In this document: in pieces, positions 24,715 through 38,029 of the stretch
Position numbering within the stretch: position 1 is the stretch's first letter
Layout of the letters: every line of letters begins with the position of its first letter
From: Octopus sinensis
Lineage: Eukaryota
NCBI RefSeq assembly: GCF_006345805.1
Contig: NC_043004.1
Location: 48,546,001 to 48,610,000 of the forward strand
Length of the DNA: 64,000 bases
Reading direction: 5' to 3'
Program-made: the position numbers and the translations under genes
The notes under the pieces: generated by a model
What the model was told of the DNA's origin: nothing
What the model saw: only the letters and a program-made list of their open reading frames with translations
The model's database searches: none

Positions 24715-25115
24715 AAGTACCTTGAGAGAAAAGTTGGACCTAAGAAGCATCAGATATGGTGTGCAAGAGAGATGACTGCGCTGGTATGGTCATGTGGTGA
24801 GAATGGATGAGGATAGCTGTGTGAAAAAGCGGTTGAGGGAACCTGTGGAAGAGGTAGACCCAGGAAGACCTGGGATGAAGTGGTAAAGCACGACCTTCGA
24901 ACTTTAGGTTTCACTGAGGCAAAACTAGTGACTGAGACTTTTGGAAATATGCTGTGCTTGAGAAGACCTGCCAAGCCAAATGAGACCATAACCTCGTGGC
25001 CTATGCCAGGGGTGTAACCAGCCCACTTATGCATACCTTTCTTTCTTTGGACACTAAAATCTGCTTGCAAAGACCTATTGAGGCAAGTGAAATCGAAATC
25101 AAATTCAATGACTGG
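24715..25115 (+). mobile_element. RTE LINE 3' end and 3'UTR
   Basis: LREKLDLRSIRYGVQERxLRWYGHVVRM, GRGRPRKTWDEVVKHDL. Confidence 0.85.
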
Positions 25116-25119
25116 CATC

Positions 25120-25612
25120 CATGTTAGTGGGGCACAAAAAGCACCATGTGAGAGTGATCATTGACAGAGCAGCTAACTGGCTTCCGTGCCAGTGGCACAT
25201 AAAAGGCACTGTTCGAGTGTGATCGTTACTAGCATAACCTTACTGGCACTTGTGCCCCGTGCTAGTAGGTTGCTAAGAGCACCATCCAAGTGTGATCATT
25301 GCCAGAGCTGCTAACTGGCTTCCCTGCCAATGGCACATAAAAGGCACCATTCGAGCATGCTGGTGGCATGTGAAAAAACATTTGAGCGAGATCGTTGCCA
25401 GTACTACCTGACTGGCCTCCATGCCGGTGGCACGTAAAAGCACCCACTACACTCTCGGAGTGGTTGGCGTTAGGAAGGGCATCTAGCTGTAGAAACTCTG
25501 CCAGATCAAGATTGGAGCCTGGTGCAGCCATCTGGTTCGCCAGTCCTCAGTCAAATCGTCCAACCCATGCTAGCATGGAAAGCGGACGTTAAATGATGAT
25601 GATGATGATGAA
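25120..25612 (+). mobile_element. Family C: minisatellite-bearing RTE 3' tail / SINE ending in (GAT)n
   Basis: aaaagcacc...gtggcac units, then ttaggaagggcatc...ccaacccatgctagcatggaaagcggacgttaaatgatgatg. Confidence 0.8.
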
Positions 25613-25949
25613 GTATATAAAGATGCTTTAGATGCTATCTGTTTTGTACATCCCACATACACAGTTTCAGATTTGTGAACTGTATGCTCTGTACACTGAT
25701 ATCGGTTAAATCTGTATTCTGTAATGTGCTCTGCATTAAGAGTACAAATGACTAAATAGTGAAAAGTTAGTGGACAGTAAGCTGGGAGGTTTGCAGTTCA
25801 CATTTTGTCACCAGCACTTCACCTTTAGAAGCTCACCTTAGGTTGAATTACAACTGATGATGACCTTTGGATTTAACAAATGATTCATTAGCTTATATTC
25901 TTGAATTCAATCCCACCTAAAGTAGATTGACTCTTCATATCCAGGAACA

Positions 25950-26900
25950 GTTGTATCTTTTATTCACTCATCTCTACATGAAACAAAATAAACGTAAGGC
26001 TGAAGGTTTCTCAGTTTACATCTGTGGAGGAAGTCTGGTCTCATTTATGTGTAACCTTCATTGTTTTAGTGTCTTCTTTTCTATGCTTGTATGGATCAGA
26101 CAGAATTTGTTGGGGTAGATTCTGTATGGCCAAATACCCTTCCTGTCATTTTAAGGTGACGATTTAGCACACACCTTTTTATCATTATCCTTCATGATTT
26201 ACTTTGAGTATCAGTGGATACAATAAATTGTAGAGATCATTTTGTTTCTCCGAAGCAATGCTCATATGACCCATACTGATACTGATTTTGAACTACTAGC
26301 TAATTCTTTTCATGATGCACAATATCTCTTAATTTCCCTTTGAGATAGCAGCAAACTATGTTGAGCTCTACCTGAATGACTTAGAAAATAATACATTCAA
26401 CTGTGTCATCAGCAAAAGATACATTTACAAATTAAAATCTTAAGTGACAATTTCATGAACTGTGAGGATGATTTAAAATAGCTAGGCTCATATGTAATGA
26501 AGTCAGAAAAGGATTTTCTCATTCTGAATATCATGACATGGTTGCCTTGCAGTAAACTGGTCAATGTTTGGACATCTGATTTAAGCTGATCATTTAAAAT
26601 CATTAGCTTTCATACTTTCATTAAGTCAGTTCGCTCTTATATCTCAGAGTCACTTCCCATAAGACTTCAAAAATGATAAGCTGGTAGCTTTGTTTGATTT
26701 ATATGTAGAGTACAAAATCTTTTAAGGAAAACTCATCCAACACTAAAACAAATTTATGGGACTTTTCCTTCTCATCTTCCAAACAGTTGGCAGCATAGAG
26801 TACAATTTACTGGGAACTGCTCTGCAGTAAAAAACAGCCTAAAGTCACCATTTTTTCTTTGGAGACTTTGATCAGCTAGTGGAAAAGCCATGGGCTCTCT
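25950..26900 (-). pseudogene. Ancient L2/CR1-type RT remnant
   Basis: Across frameshifts: SMLPTVWK, ILNDQLKS, SFADDTV, IQVELNIVCCYLKG in RT order. Confidence 0.4.
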
Positions 26901-27127
26901 ATCCAGGGGTCATCACTGGAAATTTGGGACACATAGTGTGAGACTTTGATGGGGTGATGCAAGTTAATGAGTTTCAGACACAAATTTTGAAGTCTGTTAT
27001 GGTGATGAGACATTAATATTATAAATATTCACATAAGGTTGAGCTCCATCATGCCTTGGCCATGCTGGCTAAAACAAAATAAAGAACTGAGTCTAAAGAT
27101 TAGAACTGAAAAGTAAAATATATTTAA

Positions 27128-27330
27128 CCCTTTCGTGATCATATTTCTATTGAAATACACTGTTAACAAAAACATCTTGTTCTAATTATTCAGTTGCTCT
27201 TTTGAACATAATTTGATGAAAGGTTCTTACATAAAATTGAGTTTTAATCTAAATAAAATTACATTAAAACGAGCCACATTGAATCATCATAGTGTCAGAG
27301 GTAGTCTCAGGTGGAATAATATCAAAAGGA
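27128..27330. mobile_element. piggyBac-type MITE (second family)
   Basis: ttaa-ccctttcg...atatttctattgaaatacactg; degenerate right end atcaaaagga. Confidence 0.55.
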
Positions 27331-27779
27331 TTTCAAATGTCTATCCAATTTGGCACCTGTTCCCTAAAGCTAGGTAAAGTGCAGCAATGAGAACTAGGTA
27401 TACAGTTGGGATTGAACTTGAAACTTATGCATCCCATATTATATTCACATTATTATTTCTGTTCTACTGACCACAGTACAGCTGTTCAACTGAAAACACT
27501 AATTATTATCTTCTCCTCTATACTCTATTTTGTCCCTAAGAAAAATGTCATTTGAACTTCCATGAAACTATTCACTACTGAGACAGTTCTTATTGGCATT
27601 GTTATCACTAGTATCATCATCTTCACCACCACCACCATTACTTTTGTTAGTAGCACCACCACCATCATTTTCACCACTATCACTATCTTCCCTATCTCAT
27701 CACCATTGCAACCATCACCGTCTATCATTTAGACCTACAGTGTTTTCTTCAGTTATTGTCTACAAACAATACTTTTGAT

Positions 27780-28200
27780 CTATTTATGGTTACAAAAGTC
27801 CTGCTGAAGCAGCAATCTTTCTACAATAAACTGTCAAGATCACAAAGTAATGCACTTCACATCATCACAGGCTGGATACAGACCACCTGTACAAAAAAAT
27901 TTTTTAAATACTGAACATGAAAGACAACCCAGACACGTAAAAGACAGTTTGTTGCTGCAGCAAGCTTCAACCTTCACAGTGCTTGCTACTATGTGTATTA
28001 ATCAGCTCACTAACTAAGAAGTACAACCACAACCAACACCTCCGGAACACGACTACAATGCCATATTTTCCCCCAGTCCAAGCACTATTATAAAACTTCC
28101 AAAACTTTACTATAACACCATCTCTTCTTCAGATCGTCACCTCTCCTGCCCAGTCAAGATGCTGCTATAACAACTCTCTCACCCAGCCCAAACACTATCT
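27780..28200 (+). mobile_element. Old I/Jockey-group LINE C-terminal remnant
   Basis: SQSNALHIITG resembles the QNxALRxITG motif of I-group ORF2; decayed. Confidence 0.35.
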
Positions 28201-30624
28201 TTTATCTTTCACTTGTCTCAGTTAATACACTGTGGCCATGCTGGGGCACCACCTTGAAGGGTTTTAGTCAAACAAATCACCCCAGAATTTTCTTTTTTAA
28301 GCCTGGTACTTCTTCTCTCAGTCTCATTTGCCAAACATACCAGCACCAGTTATCAAGCAGTGGTATGGGACAAACATGAATACAAAGACACAGGCACACA
28401 TAGATATATACCTCATCATCATCATCATCATCATCACCATCATCATCATCATTGTTCTTGTCGTCATTTAATGTCCACTTTTCCAGGCATGCATTGGCAA
28501 GGGGTCAATGAAGTTTATTTGAGGCAAATTTTCTACAGCCAGATGCCCTTCCTGTCACCATTCCTCTTCTGTTTCCAAGCAAAGTAATATTTCCTCAGGG
28601 TCAGACATGTTCTTTTAGGATATTGGAAATCAATGACACTAACTGAATGAAAATCACACCCATTTACAACAATCACATGATATGAAGACAAGATCACACA
28701 TACACACACACCAAAGCTTTGTGAGTAGATTTAGTGGATGGAAACTGAAAGAAGTTTATGTGTATATGTATATGTGTGTGTGTATGTGTGTGTGTGTGTT
28801 GTGTGTGTGTGTGTGTTGTGTGTGTGTGTGTGTGTGTCTGTCTGTCTGTCTGTCTGTTACTGCCTCCCTGCTTTGTCATCGCAAGATAGTTGTAAACAAC
28901 TGTTGCTGTAATGTCAGTGGTGTCCTTTATTTCCTGTACCCTGTGAAAACATACCTGCTCATGAGGAAACATTACATTACTTGGAAATAGATGAGGGTTT
29001 ACAACAGGAAGAGCATCCAGCCGTAGAAAAATTTGCCTCAACAAATTTCATCCAATCCATGCAAGCATGGAAAAGTGGGCATTAAAATGATAATGATAGT
29101 GCTGGTGGTGGTGATGATGGTCCTGATCATGATGATGATGAAACACTTTCATATGGGGAAACTAGATCAGCAATAGGTTTGTTATCATCAGACGCCAATG
29201 ATAAGTTAAGAACAACTGTCACACTTGGACCCAAATCCACTTTGTCTGCCTCTGCTATGGCCACTATTAGAACATACAGAAACTCCACTGGAACTGGCTG
29301 AGCAGGGTGGAATATATAACATACCCAGTCTGCCACACCCTACCATACTATAGATCAAACAATAAACCAATGTTTGTCAGAGTGAATAGTCTGGATTCTC
29401 AACTTGGAGGAGATAAATTAAGTGGGCTAAATCTATGGATCACACCTGTTTGCTTAAACAAACTACCTGTATTTTACAGGTGTACTTGATCATAACCCTT
29501 CTGAGTTTACAGTATAACATTCAGCATAAATAAATTAGGGAACCACTATGTCACAAGAACAGCTTTTATCATGAGCTTGCTTGTTCAGGACTAACCATTG
29601 GTCATCTTGTTTAGGACTAACAAACGCTATACATATAGCCAACAAAGGAACATTTATGTCAATTGTGGCCCATGGGACTTCTAAATGGCATGCCTAATGA
29701 AAAATTACCTTGAATTCTTTTAGCAGTGCAACCTGCATCATCATGTTGACAAGTAACCCTTGGTAACTTCTTTGATAAGTGTCCTGTACTTACCATAGAA
29801 CTTTCATGAGAAAGTACAAATGTTGTTTCCCCATTGCTTTCCTTCACATATTTTTTTTACAAGATACCATCTAGTCAGCTAGATACTGACAAGCTTGCTA
29901 CAATATGTGTAGACATTCTGAACATAAATAGCCTGAATAAATATCACAAGGCATTTATTTTATCAGACAAGCTAATGGTTCTACCAAGTCTCTGCTTTAA
30001 ATTACACCCTATAGGGTGTCTGATGGTCAAAGTTTAACATACATCTACACATGTAGGAGTTAAGGTCTTGACAAAATTTTTATGAAAGACTGGCATCGAC
30101 CCATGTAATGTAAGTCTCCTTTCTTTATGCCACTGATGTTTAGTCAAAGAAAAGGCTACCAACAAATTAAATTACATCCTGCCATGTGAAAAATAGTAAG
30201 GGTATATTAGATATTGGTTTCAAATTTTGGCTCAAGGCCAGGAATTTTGGGGGAGGATGATAGTTGATTATATCAACCCCAATGTTCAACTGGTACTTAA
30301 TTTATCAACCCCCAAAAGGATGAAAGGCAAAGTTGACTCTGGTGGAATTCGAACCCAGAACATGCTGACAAAAGAAATACCGGTAAGCATTTTGCCCAGT
30401 GTGCTAATGATTCTGCCAACTCACCACCTTAAGGGTATATTAGATATTGTTAATTATGGTTACACTATCTCAGAATAAAAGACAAGACAGTCATAGCTGG
30501 AATACCTCTGTAGGAATTGTTATAATAAGCCCCTACCTACACTGAACCCCTTAGTTTTCATAAGAACAATGATAGGGTAGGATTGTAGCTTCATAAAATA
30601 ACTGGTATTATGGTGTATGAATGT

Positions 30625-30982
30625 TAATAGAGGAAACCAACCACATGATTCTGGGTTCAGTCCCACTGCATAGCACCTTGGGAAAGTGTCTTCTACTATA
30701 GCCTCAGGCCAAAGCCTTGTGAGTGGATTTGGTAGACAGAAGCTGAGAGCAGCCCATTGTATGTGTGTGTGTGTCTGTCTGTCTGTGTTTGTCCCCCCAC
30801 CATCACTTGACAACCGATGTTGGTGTGTTTATGTCCTCGTAATTTAGTGGTTCAGTAAAAAAAGACTGTTAAAATAAGTACTAGGCTTACAAAGAACAAG
30901 TTTTGGGGGCAATTTCTTTGACTAAAAAACCCTTTAAGGCAGTGCTCCAGCATGGTTGCAGTCAACTGACTGAAACAAGTAA
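30625..30982 (+). mobile_element. SINE family A
   Basis: ccaaccacatg...gggttcagtcccactg...gactgaaacaagtaa. Confidence 0.8.
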
Positions 30983-31456
30983 TATATATATATATTCTTT
31001 TATTCTTTTATTTGTTTCAGTCATTTGACTGTGGCTTTGTTGGGGCACCGCCTTTAATTGAAGAAATCACCCCCAGGACATATTCTTTATAAGCCTATTA
31101 CTTACTCTATTGATCTCTTTTGCTGAACTGCTTGGTTACTGGGACATAAACACACCAACATTGGTTGTCAAGCGACAACAGAAGCTGAAAGCAGCCCATT
31201 GTATGTGTATGTCTTTGTGTCTGTGTGGAGTGACAAACACAGACACACAAGCATATACATATATGTATATATACGACGGGCTTCTTTCAGTTTCCATGTA
31301 CCAAATCCACTCACAAGGCTTTGGTCGACTCAAGGCTATTATAGAAGACATTTGCCTAAGGTGCCATGCAGTGGTACTGAACCTGGAACCATGTGGTTGG
31401 AAAGCAAGCTTCTTACCACACAGTCACGCCTGCAGCTATATATATATATATATATA

Positions 31457-31814
31457 TACTAGCAACCCCCCCCCCATCCAATGGACAGTGCTGAGTTGTC
31501 AAACATTTAAGCCAAATTTTCTCAAAACAGCTTGTCCGACCATCCCATTTTGTGGTATTATTTCAGGCCAGCCGGCTTTTTTTGCACAAACTGCTCGTGC
31601 ATTTTTCTCACGTACACATAGTATCGATCACAACAGCTGATGTACTTGTACATACAAATACACGTTCTCACGGCTTTATCTATCACATTCTCACCTGGAA
31701 TCGATTTTTGTAATTTTTTCAAGACTTATACAAGCCCTGATACCATCGGTATCTACATATCAAATTTCTGTGCAATCGGAAGGAGACAGACAGAACGGAT
31801 TTTATATAATAGAT
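31457..31814. mobile_element. Helitron/Helentron-like non-autonomous element
   Basis: Starts tactagc, ends gacagacagaacggattttatataatagat; end architecture matches 41941-42340. Confidence 0.4.
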
Positions 31815-32169
31815 ACACACACACATATACATATACCATTGTCAATCATGAAGATGATTGATGATGCTATATATATGGATATCCCTTGCTTTTTATCTCT
31901 TTATTCATCAGTCCAGTTATCTAACTACATATCTACCTACTCACAGATCCATCTGTCCTTCCATTTATCTATCCATCCATCTGTCTGTCTGTCTATCTCA
32001 GACACACCCAAAACATTACAATCTTTCATTTCATGACACAAACCTATTTCATCCTGTAAACTTCATTGAACTGATTGCTGCTGACAAAGACCATCCCTAA
32101 TTTACTTTTTTATTGTCTGTTTGTGTTTCTATAGAGGAGAGGTGTACTACAAGGTTTGCTTTACAACCA

Positions 32170-32840
32170 TCATCATCATCATCATCATCATCGATTAACG
32201 TCCGTTCTCCATGCTAGCATGGGTTGGACGGTTCGACCGGGGATCTGGGAAGCCAGAAGGCTGCACCAGGCTCCGGTCTTATCTGGCAATGTTTCTATAG
32301 CTGGATGCCCTTCCTAACACAAACCACTCCGTGAATGTAGTGGGTGCTTTTTACGTGCCACCTGCACTGGTGCCAGGCGAGGCTGGCATCGGCCACGGTC
32401 GGATTGGTGCATTTTATGTGCCACCTGCACGGAAGCCAGTCGAGGCGGCACTGGCTTCGGCCACGATTCAGATGGTGCTTTTTACGTGCCACCGACACGG
32501 AAGCCAGTCGAGGCGGCGCTGGCATCAGCCACGATTCGGATAGTGCTTTTTACGCATCTCCAGTCCAGGGGTCCTGGCATCTGCCGGGTTCCAGTCATAG
32601 GATTGGTTCAATTTCGATTCCGATTTCACTTGCCCCAACAGGCCTTCGCAAGCAAAGGGGGGTAGGCATAGGTGCCTGTCGTCGGATGAGGTTCGATATC
32701 GACTTCGCTTGCCTCAACAGGTCTTTGTGTGTCCAAGGGAGGAAAGGCATGCATAAGTGGGCTGGACTCACTTGTCCTGCCTGGTCTTTTCACGCACAGC
32801 ATATTTCCAAAGGTCTCGGTCGCTGGTCATTTCCTCAGTG
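32170..32840 (-). mobile_element. Family C tail with ~62-bp minisatellite plus RTE 3'UTR
   Basis: (CAT)n, gggttggacgg..., repeated ggtgctttttacgtgcc units; 32600-32840 matches 24960-25110 reversed. Confidence 0.85.
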
Positions 32841-32885
32841 AGACCTCATTTTTAATTCAGCCCCATATGTAACAGCTTAGATGTA

Positions 32886-33062
32886 CCTATTTCTTTATTA
32901 CCCACAAGAGACTAAACATAGAGGGGACAAACAAGGACAGACATAGGGATTAAGTCGATTACATCGACCCCAGTGCATAACTGGTACTTAATTTATCGAC
33001 CCCGAAAGGATGAAAGGCTAAGTCGACCTCGGCGGAATTTGAACTCACAACGTAGCAGCAAA
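32886..33062 (-). mobile_element. SINE family B (5'-truncated)
   Basis: tttctttattacccacaag...gtcgacctcggcggaatttgaactc. Confidence 0.85.
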
Positions 33063-33536
33063 TGGATGTACCATAGCTCTAACCCTTTCAATAGCAAACT
33101 GCCCTCAGTTTTATGCTCAAACTTCCTCTTTTACTATGGTCTAAATTAAAATTTTCCTTCAATATTTCATTGCTAATTTATTTTCAAATCTTTAGTGTAA
33201 TAACAGCAAAGTAATTTATATTATATTATTCATTATTATTTTGGGGGTCAATAAAATAAGTACCAGTTGATCACTGGGGATCCATGTAATCGACTTAGCT
33301 CCTCCTCCAAAATTGCTGGCCTTGTGCCAAAATCTAAAGCTATTATATTATTCATTATTATTCAGTTATTCCCAAAATTAATTGAAATAAAGAGGGTGTA
33401 TTTCAACAGAAGTATTATAATAACGGGGTTAAGGGTGAAATATAGACAGAGACTGTTTGGAAACTCATCTCTACTTTTCAAATGTGTATCCAACATGTAT
33501 ATATACATACATATAATACTTACATCCATATATATA

Positions 33537-33757
33537 CTGGCAGAAACGTTAGCACGCCGGGCGAAATGCGTAGCCGTATTTCGTCTGCCGTTACATTCTG
33601 AGTTCAAATTCCGCCGAGGTCAACTTTGCCTTTCATCCTTTCGGGGTCGATAAATTAAGTACCAGTTACGCACTGGGGTCGATATAATCGACTTAATCCC
33701 TTTGTCTGTCCTTGTTTGTCCCCTCTGTGTTTAGCCCCTTGTGGGTAGTAAAGAAAT
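33537..33757 (+). mobile_element. SINE family B (young)
   Basis: tggcagaaacgttagc A-box-like, gagttcaaattcc B-box, conserved body and tail. Confidence 0.9.
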
Positions 33758-34379
33758 ATATATACTATATATTTGTGATTGTCATGTACAAAAAAATTAG
33801 AACCCTCATCATCTGGTTGGTAGCATTTATCATAGAATAATATTATACAATTGATAGGAAACATTAGGATTATTAAACAAGATAACATCAGGATTGTGTA
33901 ATTCACTCATAAGGTGTGAAAATAACCTATAACTGTTTTTTTTTCTAAATGATTATCAATTGTTTCTGTACATAATGTGTGTTGCACAGTCTCACAAAAT
34001 GATTTCTAATATATCCTGTTAATTGTATTGTACTATGTGTATATTCTTTTATACTTTTACAAGTTTCAGTCATTTGAATGCAGCCATACTGGAGCACCAC
34101 CTTAAAGGGTTTTAGTCAAAGAAATCGACCCCAGGACTTATTCCTTGTAAGCCTAGTACTCATTCTATCGGTCTCTTTTACCGAACTGCTAACTTACAGG
34201 GACACAAGCACACCAACAGCAGTTGTCAAGCGATGGTGTGTGGATAAACACACATAAATATACATACATATATATATGTAAATATATATAAATATATATA
34301 TAAATACATATATAAATACATATATATATAAATACATATATACATATATAAATATATAAACATATACATATATAAATAC

Positions 34380-34410
<31 letters not shown>

Positions 34411-34423
34411 CATAGATATACAT

Positions 34424-34454
<31 letters not shown>

Positions 34455-34479
34455 TGCACATATATATATGGAAAAAAAA

Positions 34480-35030
34480 GTCAAGGTAGAAAATGCTAAA
34501 ATAATTTTATAAAAACCATTTCAGTACCGGTTTCAGCCATTGAGACTTTTTCAACTGTAAGTATGAAAAACAATTCAATTTTGGAAAAATTAAAAGGAAA
34601 AGAAAATTGTGCGAGTGCCATGATAGTAGTAGGATGTTAAATGGTCAAGTGCCCTGAAAGTGACTTGTTGTGGATGGTAGTAGTGACTGAACTCTTGAGA
34701 CATCTCTTTTGAATGTATTGTTTATAATATTTGCGTAGGTGTTATTCGAAACAGCAATAGTAGTAACGTTAGGAAGGAGGTGGCAGAGAGGAAGAAGACA
34801 AAGAAGAAGAAGGAGGAAGAGAAGAGAGAATATAATAAGGGAATGCAGAGGTATGATAGTAGTAGAATGTTAAATGGTCAAGTGACCATTTAACATTCTA
34901 CTACCATTAGTTTCATATTAAAGAATACCTCAACGATTATGAAGCTTATTACATGGAAACATTTCTCTTCATCTCCGTTTTGGATTAATTGATAATTGTT
35001 GAGGTATTCCTTAACATGAAACCAATGAAG
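34480..35030 (-). mobile_element. Penelope-like pseudo-LTR remnant with fold-backs
   Basis: Hammerhead at 34522-34557; direct repeat 34620-34651/34853-34884; inverted repeats 34859-34904 and 34905-35027. Confidence 0.55.
34522..34557 (-). ncRNA. Minimal type I hammerhead with U3-A8 core
   Basis: Minus strand CAG-TTGAAAA-AGTC-tcaat-GGCT-GAA-ACCGGT-A-CTG; palindromic ACCGGT; GUA site. Confidence 0.7.
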
Positions 35031-35113
35031 GCCTTAATACACCAATAAATAATCTTTATCTATTAATGCAGTATTGAGCACACATTCTCATTGTTTGATA
35101 TTTACACACACAT

Positions 35114-35165
<52 letters not shown>

Positions 35166-36209
35166 TCATTCATCCATTCATGAGGACTGAAAGAATTGGT
35201 AGTCAAACAAAAATACCTTTTGGTGTTTTATTCTGCCACAGTTATAACCCTTTCCCCTATGTTGACATTGTCTTTCTTATGAAATCAATGAAATAAGCAT
35301 TATACCAAAGTACTGTGGGATAAATGTAATCAGCTAAAAACTCTTAAGTGTGGTTCCCCAACATGGCCTTAGATTATTGATTGATACTAGTGAAAGAATA
35401 ACAGAATTTATGAATTTATATAGCTGTCTGTATGTCTGTCTACCTATCTGTCTACTTATCTGTCAGTCTGACCACCTATCTCCTACTTACTTATCTACCT
35501 GTCCCAGTTTACCTGTTCAACCTACCCATCTGTCTCTCTATCTACTCATCTATGTGCCTATTTATATTTTGCTATTTACCCATCTACTGCTCCTGTCTAC
35601 TTTACATTCACCATTTAACAACGATCACCTCTGTTTCACTCAATAACTACTTTAAGAATCTATATTACAATTTTCTTTTCTTTTTTATTTTTCACTAGTT
35701 TCTTCAATATTTGATATTCACTATATTGTTTTGATATTGTTTAACAATTAATTCCACAGAATTCTTCTAGAAATCTTAATTAGATGCTGCTATATAAGAC
35801 ACATTTTCATCAAAAGTAACAGTTAGTACCTACTAAACATTATTGTAGTTACTATTTTCTTCAGAGTTTTTTTTTTCTTTATTTATTTTTTATTACTTCT
35901 GTTATTTTTGATATAGTTAATCAGTCTGGTTCACTTTAAGAAACATTCGTAGTTGCTAAGCTATGGACAGTTAATGTATTATGTCTTATCAGTCTCAAAC
36001 AAAATCATTTTAAAAGATTTTTATATAATCAAATATAACTTTTATATTGAGTAACGATATCATTTCAGACAGTGTTCGCAGAATCATTTGAATCCATCAA
36101 CAGACATCTACAGTATTTTCAATTTATTTATTTAAAGTACATGACTGCCTAAGGGTCACGGTCGGTTAAGTTGAAGAGTGAAAGGTCAATTGACCTGTAA
36201 TGATTGTTA

Positions 36210-36545
36210 TCTATGTAAAAAGCACCATCCAATCGTGGCCGTTGCCAGCCTCGCCTGGCCCCCGTACCAGTGGCACGTAAAAAGCACCATCCGATCGTGG
36301 CCGTTGCCAGCCTCGCCTGGCCCCCGTGCCGGTGGCACGTAAAAAGTGCCATCTGATCGTGACCGTTTGCCAGCCACGTCTGGCACATAAAAAGCACCCA
36401 CTACACTCACGGAGTGGCTGGCGTTAGGAAGGGCAGATGAGACTGGGCCTGGTGCAGCCTTCTGGCTTCCCAGACCCCAGTTGAACCGTCCAACCCATGC
36501 CAGCATGGAAAGCGGACGCTAAACGATGATGATGATGATGATGAT
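36210..36545 (+). mobile_element. Family C with ~62-bp minisatellite and (GAT)n tail
   Basis: aaaaagcaccatccgatcgtggccgttgccagcctcgcctggcccccgtgccggtggcacgt, ~3 units. Confidence 0.85.
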
Positions 36546-36857
36546 CTATACTCTTTTGTAATGATTCTTAGCCTGGATGATAGTAACAAATGTAATATTA
36601 AGGTGTATGGTGGCAAGGTAGCAGAACAGTCAGAATGCCAGACAAAATGCTTAGCAGCATTCCATCCATCTTTATGCTCTGATCTCAAATTCTCTCAAGG
36701 TCGACTTTGCCTTTCATCCTTTTGAGGTCAGTAAAATAAGTATCAGTGGAGCACTGGATTGATGTAATTGGCTTATCCCTCCTCTAAAATTGCTGGCTTT
36801 GTACCAAAATTTGAAACCAATATTAAGGATGTACTGTGGGATGTTTTGGGTGTTTGG

Positions 36858-36932
36858 ACCTTTATATTTCAGATGCAAAGGCCCATCTTCAGAAGAAAAG
36901 AAGATGGACCTTTGTGCCTAAAATATAAAGGT
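36858..36932. other. 75-nt near-perfect hairpin (pre-miRNA-like or decayed palindrome)
   Basis: ACCTTTATATTTCAGATGCAAAGGCCCATCTTC / GAAGATGGACCTTTGTGCCTAAAATATAAAGGT, 9-nt loop. Confidence 0.6.
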
Positions 36933-37002
36933 TTTATTAAACTTACCACAGTGTCAGAAGCTTTGTATTTTCTTTCTTTTTACCTTCTTTGATACCTATT
37001 TA

Positions 37003-37073
<71 letters not shown>

Positions 37074-37624
37074 TGGATGTATATATAGTGAGCTTCTTCC
37101 AGTTTTTGTCTACCAGATCCACTAACAAATCTTGGATCAACCCAGGGCTGTTCGAGCTGTCATACAATGTGTCTGAACCACACAGCCACAATTCTGCCTA
37201 TACCTAAGAATTATATTAAGGATACACATATCTATGGGATACTCGGCCACCTACAGAGTGATTCATTGAACCTAAACCAATGTAGATATATTAACCTTTT
37301 TTTTACTATGTGTTTTTGCATGTACGTGTTGCTTTGTAATTAGATGTGCTCACATGTGTGTTTCAGTGTGTAAGAGATAATGTGTGATTCTGTCTATGTA
37401 TCTGTAAGTCAGCATGTGTGTGCATGTGTATGTGTATGGTTAGGTGAGACCAATATTCTTACTCATATCGCTGCTGTATTCTTAATTAGTTTGACATCTT
37501 ACAGTAACAGTATTTAAAAGAAACTGTATCAAAATACTAAATACAGAATGAAGGTTGACCCTAATTTTAACAATTTGCTTCAATCCTTCCACTTATCAGC
37601 CTTGTTACAACATCTGATTCTTAC

Positions 37625-37692
37625 ATTGCCCAAGATTTGCCATTTCTAAAATGATTGTTACAGATATCTCAGCTACTCCCACATAGAATTTA
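37625..37692 (-). CDS. Candidate internal exon (KFYVGVAEISVTIILEMANLGQ)
   Basis: cttaattacag acceptor, T|gtaaga donor, one open frame; no homology recognised. Confidence 0.22.
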
Positions 37693-38029
37693 CTGTAATT
37701 AAGATTGTTATTTTCTGTTTGTAAGTTAGTTGTTGTTGTTGCTGCTGTTCTTCTTCTGCCCTGGTTGAGCATATCTCTAACAAAATACATTCCAACAATG
37801 ACTATCCCCCTTTTTCCTATGTTCAAGGAGCCCAGGACTACATTGTCCAGTGGGATATGGTCTGAGTGAGATTTGGCTGCTATTTCTAGGAGATTGAATG
37901 AAGCACATAAAGGCTCCTTTATTAGTTCATTTAAGTTAGTGAGAGGAGCAGGAAAGACAATATCCATAAGCACCATTCTCAAATTGGTGAAGTTATTGTG
38001 GTTAATGTTAATTCCTGCGATATAGGCCA

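Noticed and set aside
26710-26830. Plus-strand exon-like frame VQNLLRKTHPTLKQIYGTF..., also IAANYVELYLNDLENN at ~26345
   Set aside because: The opposite strand carries ordered RT remnants (including FADD), so these are likely antisense shadows.
28360-28587. Poly-His ORF
   Set aside because: (CAT)n tail of an RTE-type repeat on the opposite strand.
35825-35870. Minus-strand CTGAAGA with a short tagt/acta hairpin
   Set aside because: No GAAA core strand or stem III.
36210-36400. CRISPR-like regularly spaced repeats
   Set aside because: Head-to-tail minisatellite with no unique spacers, in eukaryotic retroelement context; no cas genes.
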